A stretch of 19,228 nt of DNA from the NCBI GenBank assembly GCA_965649205.1, contig CBFGJV010000030.1:1-19228 (forward strand), in the 5' to 3' direction. This DNA comes from a candidate division WOR-3 bacterium. GTDB taxonomy: Bacteria > Hydrothermota > Tepidihabitantia > Tepidihabitantales > Tepidihabitantaceae. Under the pieces are notes generated by a model. The model worked only from the letters and a program-made list of their open reading frames with translations, was not told the DNA's origin and did not search any database. Shown one piece after another: positions 8,201 through 15,423 of this stretch (positions within the stretch are counted from its first letter, which is position 1; every line of letters starts with the position of its first letter). Both the position numbers and the translations under genes were made by a program.

Positions 8201-10941
8201 ACACAGAATGTATCGGTCAGATTCTGGGCGAGGGTTTCCTGAGGAGGATTGAGAAGGTCAAGGAAAACAATGTATTCTGTTGCTCTTTCGGCCCGGCGCC
8301 AAATGAGCGTGTCGGCTACCGATTGATTCTGGGCATTAGCTGCGGGTCGTACGAGCGTAACCGTTCCCGGTTTTTCGACTACGACGGTGAAATCTTTGCT
8401 AGCGGTGTCGTTACCCGGTCCCTGGTCTCCACCAAGTTCGGTGTATGCTGTCAGGCGGTAGTTGCCGAGCGGTGTGGCGGTCCAATAGGTGGAAAAAGTA
8501 ACGGTGCGGATTTCGCCAATGCCCAGATTGGTTACGGGCTCTGTCTGGTTGAATACGGGCGTACCGCCGGTTGTTGTAATTCTCACGCGCACATTAAAGC
8601 TTTCTTCGGCTCCGCCGTAGTTGTGCACTGTGACGCGCGGGTATACCTGTGTGTTCTCACCTATGGTGTCGGCCGGGACAAGTACGGCGCTTACGCCTAC
8701 ATCATGTCGTACCGCAGTTACCCAGTCGATTCGGTTGTAAGGGTCGTTGTCGTACTCTTCACCCCAGATCGTGCCGCTGCCATAATTTATTGTGATGTGG
8801 CCAGTGTTTCCCAGTTTCTCGATGTTGTAACTGCCGGCCGGGCCGGAAAAATCCACATTTAGCATGTCATCAAGAAGCTGGCTGTTTTCTATTTTCAGAC
8901 ACGGGCCGGATATGTCGCCGTGGTCAAAGCTGCAGTTGGAGAAGTTATGAGTGGAGTGAATGGTTCCGCCGGAGGTAATGGAGATTCCTCCCGTACCCAT
9001 ATATTGGAAGTTGGCATTTTGAGCTGCAATGGTGCCGCCGCCGACTGTGAAGGTGTATGGAAAGTTTTGAGAAACGGCGGTTACGGTTCCGCGCGCAAGT
9101 GCGGTGCCTACGATTGAAAATACACCTCCGTTTACGTTCACACTGCCCGAGGCAGAAGCGGTGCCCAGTTGCACAGTTCCAGAACCTACTAACAGGGTAC
9201 CGGAGTTTACTGTCAGATTGTTTGCCACTACCAGGTTACCGTTCAGCGAAATACTGCCGGTGCTCTTATCAATTAGGAGACGATAGAAGGTATTGCCATT
9301 ACACGCAAAGGAGTTGTTACCCGGGCCGTTGAAAATCAGACTGGGTGTGCTGGTATAGGAATAATTTCCCGTGCCGGTCCAATCCCCGGAAACGTAAATG
9401 TCAGCACTTTGCGTCAGGGTACCCTGATTACTTACCTGAGAGAGAACGAAGCCGTGGCCAGAAGCGAAGTTGCCAGCCAGGGTGAGACCGCCCCCCGAAT
9501 TCACCGTGACACCACTGGTAGCTGTTACCGAACTACCCAGCGTACCAGTAGCAGTAGTGAAACTTACCGTTGCGCCGCCGGTTTTCTGTATGCGAAGGTC
9601 ATTGAAGGCCCAGGTGGCTGTAACTGGCGTCAGGGAGCCGTGCAATTGAACTGTGGACGGGGTGTTGCCGATAAAGACGATGACCGCATTTCCGCTGGCT
9701 TGAAATATGGAACCACCGGTAGCGCTGCCGGTGATACTGCCTAGGAAACTGACAATGCCACCGGTAGCATACCAACCGCCGTCGCCTGTGGCTGAGGCTA
9801 GTGTGAGGGCGCTGCTGGGACCTGTATAGCTGAGCGAACCGGAGTTAATTTCAAAACGTCCTGCGCCTCCTATCTCGTGCAGATAGATTGTAACCGTAGG
9901 TGAACCAGTAAGGTTCGTACGGAAAGGATAGGTGGAGCTTTGGTTGAGTTTGTAGATGTTGACGTTGCCGCCGTTTATATTCAGTGTGCCGGACGAAGTT
10001 CCCTGAATTTCGGCTGTTCCGGTGTTCGCCGTCAGGTTGCGACCGTTGGTGTTCAGAATGCCGCGGGTGAGGATGAGGGCCGCTCCGCTTTCGTAGTTCA
10101 GGGTCAGGTCTGAATAAAGGGTCACGATGTCAGAAGCAGAGCTTTTCTGTATTTCCAGGCGGCCCAGAGCAAGGGAAGTACCGCTGGAGATTTCCGAATT
10201 ACCCGCGCCGGTTATGCGGAGGAGACTTGCAGAGCCGAAAGACACGGTACCTAGGTTGGTGAAGTTTCCGGCTGCGGTGACAGTGCCCGATTCAGTCCCG
10301 AAGGTTTTGCCGGTGGCATTTATTACCGCGCCGGGGAAGGTCATATTGCCTGAGGAGCTGGTAAGGTTCCCCGAGTTTGTAAAGGTACCGGAATTTGTAA
10401 GCGTAAGGGAGGCGGTGGACAAGGCTATGGTACCAGTGTTTTCAAGTCCTCCGACACCGGTTATTTCCAGGCTTCCAGAGCTGAAACTGATGGTCCCGGA
10501 GTTGGTCAACTTGCCGCTTACTCTGAGGGTAGCTGATACCATATCTTCAATTACGCCATAATTTATCAGGTTACCGGCGGTAGTGGTGCTGCCAGCCTTG
10601 GCCCGACGGAAGTATCCCCGGTTTTCGAAGGTGTTATTTACATATAAATCTTTAGCGCTGCCAGGAGCGGTGAGAGTTCCGTTGACTTCGATGGTGAGAG
10701 AATTCAGTGTGACTGCCTGGGCTACTTTGTAAGTGACAGTTGTATTCTGGCCGATGATAACATCGTCGCCATTGACTGGTACCCCGTTGTTCCAGATAGT
10801 ACTGTTTCCCCAGTCACCACTGGCGATGCTTTTTGTGGTCTTCGCTGCCGACGGGCTGACAAGCGCGAAGGCGAGAACTACTACAGTAAGAACGGCTGTG
10901 CCGAGCCGTGCAGAAAGGTTTGCTGTTTTTGTACTGCACAT
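5230..10941 (-). CDS. 1903-aa secreted multidomain surface/adhesin-like protein with T9SS type A sorting domain
   Basis: Signal peptide (...LAFALVSPSAA). G8-like/beta-helical G/T/N-rich head (SGDWGNSTIW; aa ~34-745). CARDB-like domain from HDVG (aa 746), three FN3-like repeats (from aa ~857; YYWRVVAKN), three more CARDB-like domains, a Kelch-like propeller (KGNKT repeats), and CTD IIPNP...VFDVAGR...LSPGVYLIRL...KLVVR. AGGAGGAG SD at 10947-10954. Confidence 0.9.
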   Translation of the reverse strand: MCSTKTANLSARLGTAVLTVVVLAFALVSPSAAKTTKSIASGDWGNSTIWNNGVPVNGDDVIIGQNTTVTYKVAQAVTLNSLTIEVNGTLTAPGSAKDLYVNNTFENRGYFRRAKAGSTTTAGNLINYGVIEDMVSATLRVSGKLTNSGTISFSSGSLEITGVGGLENTGTIALSTASLTLTNSGTFTNSGNLTSSSGNMTFPGAVINATGKTFGTESGTVTAAGNFTNLGTVSFGSASLLRITGAGNSEISSGTSLALGRLEIQKSSASDIVTLYSDLTLNYESGAALILTRGILNTNGRNLTANTGTAEIQGTSSGTLNINGGNVNIYKLNQSSTYPFRTNLTGSPTVTIYLHEIGGAGRFEINSGSLSYTGPSSALTLASATGDGGWYATGGIVSFLGSITGSATGGSIFQASGNAVIVFIGNTPSTVQLHGSLTPVTATWAFNDLRIQKTGGATVSFTTATGTLGSSVTATSGVTVNSGGGLTLAGNFASGHGFVLSQVSNQGTLTQSADIYVSGDWTGTGNYSYTSTPSLIFNGPGNNSFACNGNTFYRLLIDKSTGSISLNGNLVVANNLTVNSGTLLVGSGTVQLGTASASGSVNVNGGVFSIVGTALARGTVTAVSQNFPYTFTVGGGTIAAQNANFQYMGTGGISITSGGTIHSTHNFSNCSFDHGDISGPCLKIENSQLLDDMLNVDFSGPAGSYNIEKLGNTGHITINYGSGTIWGEEYDNDPYNRIDWVTAVRHDVGVSAVLVPADTIGENTQVYPRVTVHNYGGAEESFNVRVRITTTGGTPVFNQTEPVTNLGIGEIRTVTFSTYWTATPLGNYRLTAYTELGGDQGPGNDTASKDFTVVVEKPGTVTLVRPAANAQNQSVADTLIWRRAERATEYIVFLDLLNPPQETLAQNLTDTFCVYSGLIDGRDYYWRVVAKNAGGETPSSVRMFTTMQAPGQPVLVSPLPSTPNQPVSGQLSWQAAARAYNGYDVYLDVVNPPQTRVSSGQTAVTYDYAGLEHGRQYFWQVIAKNAGGQTASGVWNFYTVQAKPGPFDLSTPPNGATEVPLAGNLTWKKSERANVYDIYLSTNPSPVTKIASDIPDTIYPYTGYVTAGRKYYWRVVAKNNNPSGTLCNATFNFTTQETGNATDVGVISIVSPVGTVDTHEVVEPRSMVGNFGPTAATFKAYFHLYDHTDALVYSESTTISNLPPAGSTLAAFPAWPKPHAPGTYTTRCSTAIEGDIYPANNVLSSSFTVRIPVERDVEVTSILAPVGSFDTSAVIRPKAKVKNLGTLPATFRTYFSFSSGTDEPTYSESLDVQLEPGYATTLTFPVWPKPHAVGYYVTRCSTAMAGDEYPDNDLRTGTFSITDQPVVYDVGVSQIIAPTGHIPYGVFVRPTVKIENYGDDAVTCDLRFLILTASGTPVYDTTEADIPIDPSIPVIRQLEKRWLSDAGNYTVKAYTILATDQHPENDTARGTVTVAQHAGWTALRPMPSGGGKAVKDGGWLAWDRTARKLYAAKGNKTAEFFRYDPEGDSWTQLADIKPMEGTKSALPFKGSTGAADGRGHVYMVKGANTLGFWRYHIEGDSWHRLPDVPTFGAPKKVKGGSDLVYVERGDSSFLYLLKGMKTEFYRYNVTLGKWDTLRDAPSAPGRMKYDNGSFLVYDGNNTIYAHQAKFNDGQNHFMYKYNLETGQWQSTPLKGMPLVGLNKGAMRAKKSKEGAGGDWYDGAIYALKGGGTQQFFCYVPGIRDTWYELDTLPQVGSGSSRPKLVKNGGSFVATGDGVFYALKGNKTLELWGYFPSFTPSIAPTYPAPTHNLQTARITASALPFDIIPNPLVSDFATVRFSLPTPGTTSLTVFDVAGRSVLRQSVLCGKHTTTILDLRKLSPGVYLIRLESGNYSTSRKLVVR

Positions 10942-11135
10942 AACATCTCCTCCTTTTTAACATACTCCATACTCCTCAACCTTAATTTGCACCGGCCGGC
11001 TATCTTAAACCCAGAAAATACAGAGTGTAAGCTCGCACCGCCGGTCCGGTTGCGTTGCAATGCTGGGAAACTATGTAACCTAAGCCTTTACAGTACGGTC
11101 TGGCGATGCCTGTACCGTCCGGTATGGATACGATA

Positions 11136-11163
11136 ATTGTGGTGAGCGGTGTCCGACTGTCAA
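11136..11163 (-). promoter_or_regulatory. Candidate sigma70 promoter for the 1903-aa gene
   Basis: Minus strand TTGACA (11163-11158), 16-nt spacer, CACAAT (11141-11136). This implies a ~190-nt leader. Confidence 0.4.
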
Positions 11164-11286
11164 GTTCTAACAAGTCAATTTTTGATGTAGTTGCACCTAG
11201 TTTTCAAGAGAAGCGCAATTTCGAATCAGAACGAACTGGCTATTGCGAAGAAAGCTGTTTGACGAAGACCGGGTATAAGGTCTTCT

Positions 11287-12243
11287 CTAGTCCATAACCA
11301 CAGCTTTGCCCGTGACGGTTTGGTTGTTGGCGGTAAGGCGGTATAAGTAGGTACCGGGTTTGACCTTCTCACCATCGTTTGCACGACAGTCCCACAGGAT
11401 AGAGTATTCGCCTGGTCGGGCAGCAGAGCCGTCCCTAAGCAGTCTTATCATTCTGCCTGTGGCGTCGTAGATACCAAGGTTTATCGGACCGGGCTGCATA
11501 ACGCGGAAACTGATGGTGAGCTGGCCGTGGGCCGGGCTGGGCTGGAGCCGATGCCAAGGCGCAGGTTCACTTGGGGTTATCACTTCTTCCACCCCGGTAC
11601 TGACACGCTCAACTACTGCGCGGATGCAGACGTTACGGTCAGTCCAGAAAGGGGGGTCTGTTAGCTGGAACCAGTTAGGGCCTACTTCTGGGAGAGTGAT
11701 GTATCCGCCCCGGTAAGGTACTATTGGACCAAGGTCTAAAGTCAGGGGTTTCTGGTCGGGCGGGTGCCTGCGGACAATTACGCACGCCCAGAAGTCCTGA
11801 TAAGGAGCAATGTAGGGTGTGCGGGGCATATTGGCACGGCGCCAGACGCCGCCACCCAGACCTGTGGCCCGGGTGGTATCAAGCGTCGGGCCCGGTTCGG
11901 TATGAGAACCGGTACCAGCAGTGTAAACGAATATGGCGTCGGCGCTGCCGGTAAGGTAATAGAGTATGGCTTTTACTCGCACGCCGGTGGTTTCGGTATA
12001 GCGCTGGGCACAGCCGTAACTATAAGTGCCGTTTATACTGAATCCGCGGTCTGGCTCCAGGTCCCAGCGCAGGGTTTCTTCGCCGTCGGCCCAGTCGGAT
12101 TTAATAAACTCATAGTCTTCACGCGGAGCAAGTTCCACAGAAAAACGTTTGAATTCTTCCGGACATACCGTTGGCGTCTGCGCCAGAGTGGCGGCAGAGA
12201 AGAAAACGAGAACTAGGACAGCAAAGGACATTGATTTCATCAT
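11287..12243 (-). CDS. Secreted protein of unknown function with FlgD-Ig-type T9SS CTD
   Basis: Signal peptide (MKSMSFAVLVLVFFSAATLA). Linker TGVEE precedes QPSP...IYDATGRMIRLL...WDCRANDGEKVKPGTYLYRL. GGAGGT SD at 12246-12251 fits the second ATG (12240) better. Confidence 0.85.
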   Translation of the reverse strand: MMKSMSFAVLVLVFFSAATLAQTPTVCPEEFKRFSVELAPREDYEFIKSDWADGEETLRWDLEPDRGFSINGTYSYGCAQRYTETTGVRVKAILYYLTGSADAIFVYTAGTGSHTEPGPTLDTTRATGLGGGVWRRANMPRTPYIAPYQDFWACVIVRRHPPDQKPLTLDLGPIVPYRGGYITLPEVGPNWFQLTDPPFWTDRNVCIRAVVERVSTGVEEVITPSEPAPWHRLQPSPAHGQLTISFRVMQPGPINLGIYDATGRMIRLLRDGSAARPGEYSILWDCRANDGEKVKPGTYLYRLTANNQTVTGKAVVMD

Positions 12244-12277
12244 AGACCTCCAGGGGTTGTGTTACATACAGTTAACT

Positions 12278-12324
12278 TTGACAATCTACTTTTGAAAGTA
12301 TAGTATACACCCTTGCCATGTCAA
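12278..12324. promoter_or_regulatory. Overlapping divergent sigma70 promoters
   Basis: Plus: TTGACA 12278-12283, 17 nt, TAGTAT 12301-12306. Minus: TTGACA 12324-12319, 16 nt, TATACT 12302-12297. Confidence 0.7.
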
Positions 12325-12352
12325 TGTATCACCCATAACTCAGGAGGACCAT

Positions 12353-14197
12353 GTGTCTGTTCTAGTGTTGTTTGTTACCATTTTTTCCCTAGCTGGGACA
12401 TTTGATACAATGCCGGATGTTTTGGTGCAGAATTCAAACCCGTTTTCATCCTCAGCTTGTCTCAACTCTCTGCAGCCGGCAGGGGGAGGTTATGACACTC
12501 TGCATTATGACGGGAACAACGCTACCGGTATAGGTATGTCTGGCGGAGGCTGGTTCAAGACGGCGGTTAGGTTTACCGCTCCCTATCGCTGCATTCTGAA
12601 GTCCATTCTTTTCTACCAGTTCGACTACGCCATGATGGAATATATGTTCATCTACGGGCCGGGCAGTTCCACGCAGCCGGGCACAGTGTGGGATTCTGTT
12701 CTCTATGAGCCTTCAGCGCCCCGGAGCTGGGTGAGTACTGCGGTACCAAACGAGTATTTTGTTCCTGCCGGCACTGATTTCTGGGCTGGTCCGCAGATTC
12801 CTTGCCCCCCTAATCGTTATCCGGTAGGAGTAGATTCCGGGCCGCTGGTGCCAGACCGCAACTTCATATACTGGGATGAGAGAATCGGTTGGGTGCAGGT
12901 TGACCGAATAGGCGTGCCTCGCAACTGGAACATCCGCGCAGTCGTAGCCAGGGCCGAATCCCGCGACGTGTGTCCAACTGCGGTACTCGCTCCCACCTCC
13001 CAGATTTGGCCAGGTCCAGTTGTGCCCAAGGTGAGCGTGAGAAATATAGGGGAACAGGCAGAAAGTAACATACCTGTGGCTATCTGGATAGATTCAGCTG
13101 GCAGGAGAGTTTACGAGGAAACGACGGTTCTTGCCGGCCCGCTAGCACCCAGGGGATACGGAGTGGTTTCTTTCCCCACCTGGTTTCCCGGGTCAGTGGG
13201 CGCAGAGTACAGGATAACTGTCTTCACGTCGTTCGCAGCGGATTTGAATCACGCTAACGACACAATAACAACCTCAGTTCGGGTAGCTGGCGCAGCCTTC
13301 TCTGATACGCTGGTGGCCAGACGTGTTGTTGGCGCGCCGCCGTCAATAGACGGTAGAATTGAGGCTGCAGAATGGTTGCCCGCAAGAGCATTTGATATAT
13401 CGGACACGGCTGGACAGGGCCTCGTGCGAAGACCGCCGGGTTCGAGTACGGTGCGGTTTCTCTATGACGAGCATTTTCTTTATCTGGCCTGCGAATTTCC
13501 CACTGTGACAGAAAGACAGGATGGAGATTTCTTTGCCGTGTGTATGGATGAAGATCGTTCCGGCAACTGGAACCGTATAGACTCTTCCGAAGGACGGCAT
13601 ACAGTTTTTTACACCTCAGGACAAGACTCAGTAATTTTTGAGGCGATTTTGAATACCTTGCCCTACATGTGGCGGTTGGAAGGACAATGTCCGGGCGCCT
13701 TCAGCACTTCCAGTACTGCAGGAGGTCACCTGCAGTTTGAAGCGAAAATACCTCTGGGTTTGCGGCGGGGAGACCTAAGCTTGCTGCCGGGCGATACTGC
13801 CAGCGTATTTATCTACGCCATGGCGGGAAATGGCTCTGATTGCTATGGCTGGTGGCCGCAGCGGGTAACTCAGGGCGAATGGGCCAGGCCTGCGCTCTAT
13901 GGCCCGCTTGTGCTTTCCACCGAAGTAGGAGTTGGCGAAGGAAGAGGTCATAAACCGGCTCAGCCTTTCCGGTTGGAAATACTGCCAAATCCGGCAAGAG
14001 ACAAGGCAGTCATTTGTTTGCCGTACAGGGCTGTTTGTTCCGAACTTCAGGTCGTAGATGCTGCTGGCCGGATAGTCGCACGCCAGCCGGTGACTGGTGC
14101 GTCAGTGGAGCTTGACTTGAGAAGACTTGCCGGCGGCGTTTATCTGATAAGACTGGAACCGGGTTTGTGGAAGGCGCGGCTGGTTGTTCTGGAATAG
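12353..14197 (+). CDS. Secreted protein: unknown N-domain + CARDB-like + CBM9-like sugar-binding domain + T9SS type A CTD
   Basis: Hydrophobic N-terminus. DVCPTAVLAP...NHANDT Ig repeat. CBM9/DOMON-like PPSIDGRIEAAEW...YDEHFLYLA...FEAKIPL. CTD ILPNP...DAAGR...LAGGVYLIRL. AGGAGG at 12342-12347. Confidence 0.85.
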   Translation: MSVLVLFVTIFSLAGTFDTMPDVLVQNSNPFSSSACLNSLQPAGGGYDTLHYDGNNATGIGMSGGGWFKTAVRFTAPYRCILKSILFYQFDYAMMEYMFIYGPGSSTQPGTVWDSVLYEPSAPRSWVSTAVPNEYFVPAGTDFWAGPQIPCPPNRYPVGVDSGPLVPDRNFIYWDERIGWVQVDRIGVPRNWNIRAVVARAESRDVCPTAVLAPTSQIWPGPVVPKVSVRNIGEQAESNIPVAIWIDSAGRRVYEETTVLAGPLAPRGYGVVSFPTWFPGSVGAEYRITVFTSFAADLNHANDTITTSVRVAGAAFSDTLVARRVVGAPPSIDGRIEAAEWLPARAFDISDTAGQGLVRRPPGSSTVRFLYDEHFLYLACEFPTVTERQDGDFFAVCMDEDRSGNWNRIDSSEGRHTVFYTSGQDSVIFEAILNTLPYMWRLEGQCPGAFSTSSTAGGHLQFEAKIPLGLRRGDLSLLPGDTASVFIYAMAGNGSDCYGWWPQRVTQGEWARPALYGPLVLSTEVGVGEGRGHKPAQPFRLEILPNPARDKAVICLPYRAVCSELQVVDAAGRIVARQPVTGASVELDLRRLAGGVYLIRLEPGLWKARLVVLE

Positions 14198-14248
14198 AGA
14201 GTTCTACCGCAGGAGTTTGTGCCGGAACTCGGTATCATTAGTTAACAT

Positions 14249-15400
14249 ATGAGTCACAGACGCCGCTTCCTGCTATGGCTGACGGTCTTGAGCTTAGGGG
14301 TGCCGGTTTATGCGGGCATGCTCCAGATTCATTGTCTGAATGTCGGACATGGAGATGCCACGCTGGTTATTTCGCCTGCGGGACGCACTCTATTGATTGA
14401 TGCCGGTAATGACAGTATGGGACTGCGTAAGGTACTGCCCTGGCTTTCCAGCCGTGGCATTACCAGCCTGGACTGGATAGTTGCCACCCATTATCACGGA
14501 GACCATATAGGCGGTTTGGACGAGGTCATAAACGGGCTGGGTCGCGATTCAGTAAAACAAGCAGTTTATGACCGGGGTTGGTCGTACGGCACGAACGCTT
14601 ACGGCGACTATGTACGGGCAGCAGGCAACAAGCGTCGGACGATTGCGGACGGCATGGCACTGGACTTGGGCGAGGGAGTGATTGTGCGGTGTCTGGCGGT
14701 GAATGGCAATGGTCGTTTGCACAGTCCTTTTACCGACCCACCCTGGAGCGAAAACGATTTGTGCATAGCCTTGCGCATTTCCTATCAGCGGTTCGACTTT
14801 TCCATTTCTGGCGACCTAAGTGGCGAGAGTACAGCTTACTACCGAGATATTGAGACTTCAGTTGGGCCGGAGATTGGGCCGGTAGAGGTGCTGCGCGTGA
14901 ATCATCATGGCAGCGCCTACAGCTCAAATTGTAGCTTTCTGGCTGCGCTGTCACCTCTGGTCTCAGTGATTTCCTGTGGCAAGAACGATTACGGTCTTCC
15001 CACTCAGGAAGCGTTGAGTCGGTTGCGACCCTATGGCCCGGTGTATCAGACTGCAGACAGGGACGGTCGGCCGGTAAACGGTGATGTTATCATTAGTACC
15101 GATGGTCAGCGGTTTATCGTCAATGGAGATACTTTCAACTGCAAAACCGGAGTGGAGGAGGTTGTCACGACGCCTTTTGTCTGGGCTGTTGTTCCGGGCA
15201 TAGTGCGGCAAGTGTTGCATCTGCCGCCAGCCGGGTTGAGTGAGCGGGCCGGTGCAGTCCTACTGGATGTTGTGGGTCGCAAAGTGGCAGAGTTACGGCC
15301 GGGGGCAAATGATGTGAGCAGTCTTGCACCAGGGGTGTATTTTCTGGTGACGCGGACAGCGGCAGTGGGTAACCGCCAGAAGCTGCTGCTGGTGCGTTAG
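14249..15400 (+). CDS. Secreted ComEC/Rec2-like metallo-beta-lactamase-fold hydrolase with short T9SS-like CTD
   Basis: Signal peptide ending VYA. Motifs LNVGHGDATL, LLIDAG, THYHGDHIGG (HxHxDH), GDL, NHHGS, ISCG-N-YGLP. C-terminal GVEE...LLDVVGRKV...LAPGVYF. Confidence 0.88.
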   Translation: MSHRRRFLLWLTVLSLGVPVYAGMLQIHCLNVGHGDATLVISPAGRTLLIDAGNDSMGLRKVLPWLSSRGITSLDWIVATHYHGDHIGGLDEVINGLGRDSVKQAVYDRGWSYGTNAYGDYVRAAGNKRRTIADGMALDLGEGVIVRCLAVNGNGRLHSPFTDPPWSENDLCIALRISYQRFDFSISGDLSGESTAYYRDIETSVGPEIGPVEVLRVNHHGSAYSSNCSFLAALSPLVSVISCGKNDYGLPTQEALSRLRPYGPVYQTADRDGRPVNGDVIISTDGQRFIVNGDTFNCKTGVEEVVTTPFVWAVVPGIVRQVLHLPPAGLSERAGAVLLDVVGRKVAELRPGANDVSSLAPGVYFLVTRTAAVGNRQKLLLVR

Positions 15401-15423
15401 TTTTGCCCCATCCGAACAACAGT

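Noticed and set aside
10989..11120. c-di-GMP-I riboswitch (minus-strand TAAGATAGCCGG resembles its 3' end)
   Set aside because: The GGCAAA / GNRA loop / GCAAA 5' elements are missing.
11264..11285. GAAGACC/GGTCTTC hairpin as terminator of the 318-aa gene
   Set aside because: Only a 7-bp stem with an 8-nt loop and no U-tract; too weak to call.
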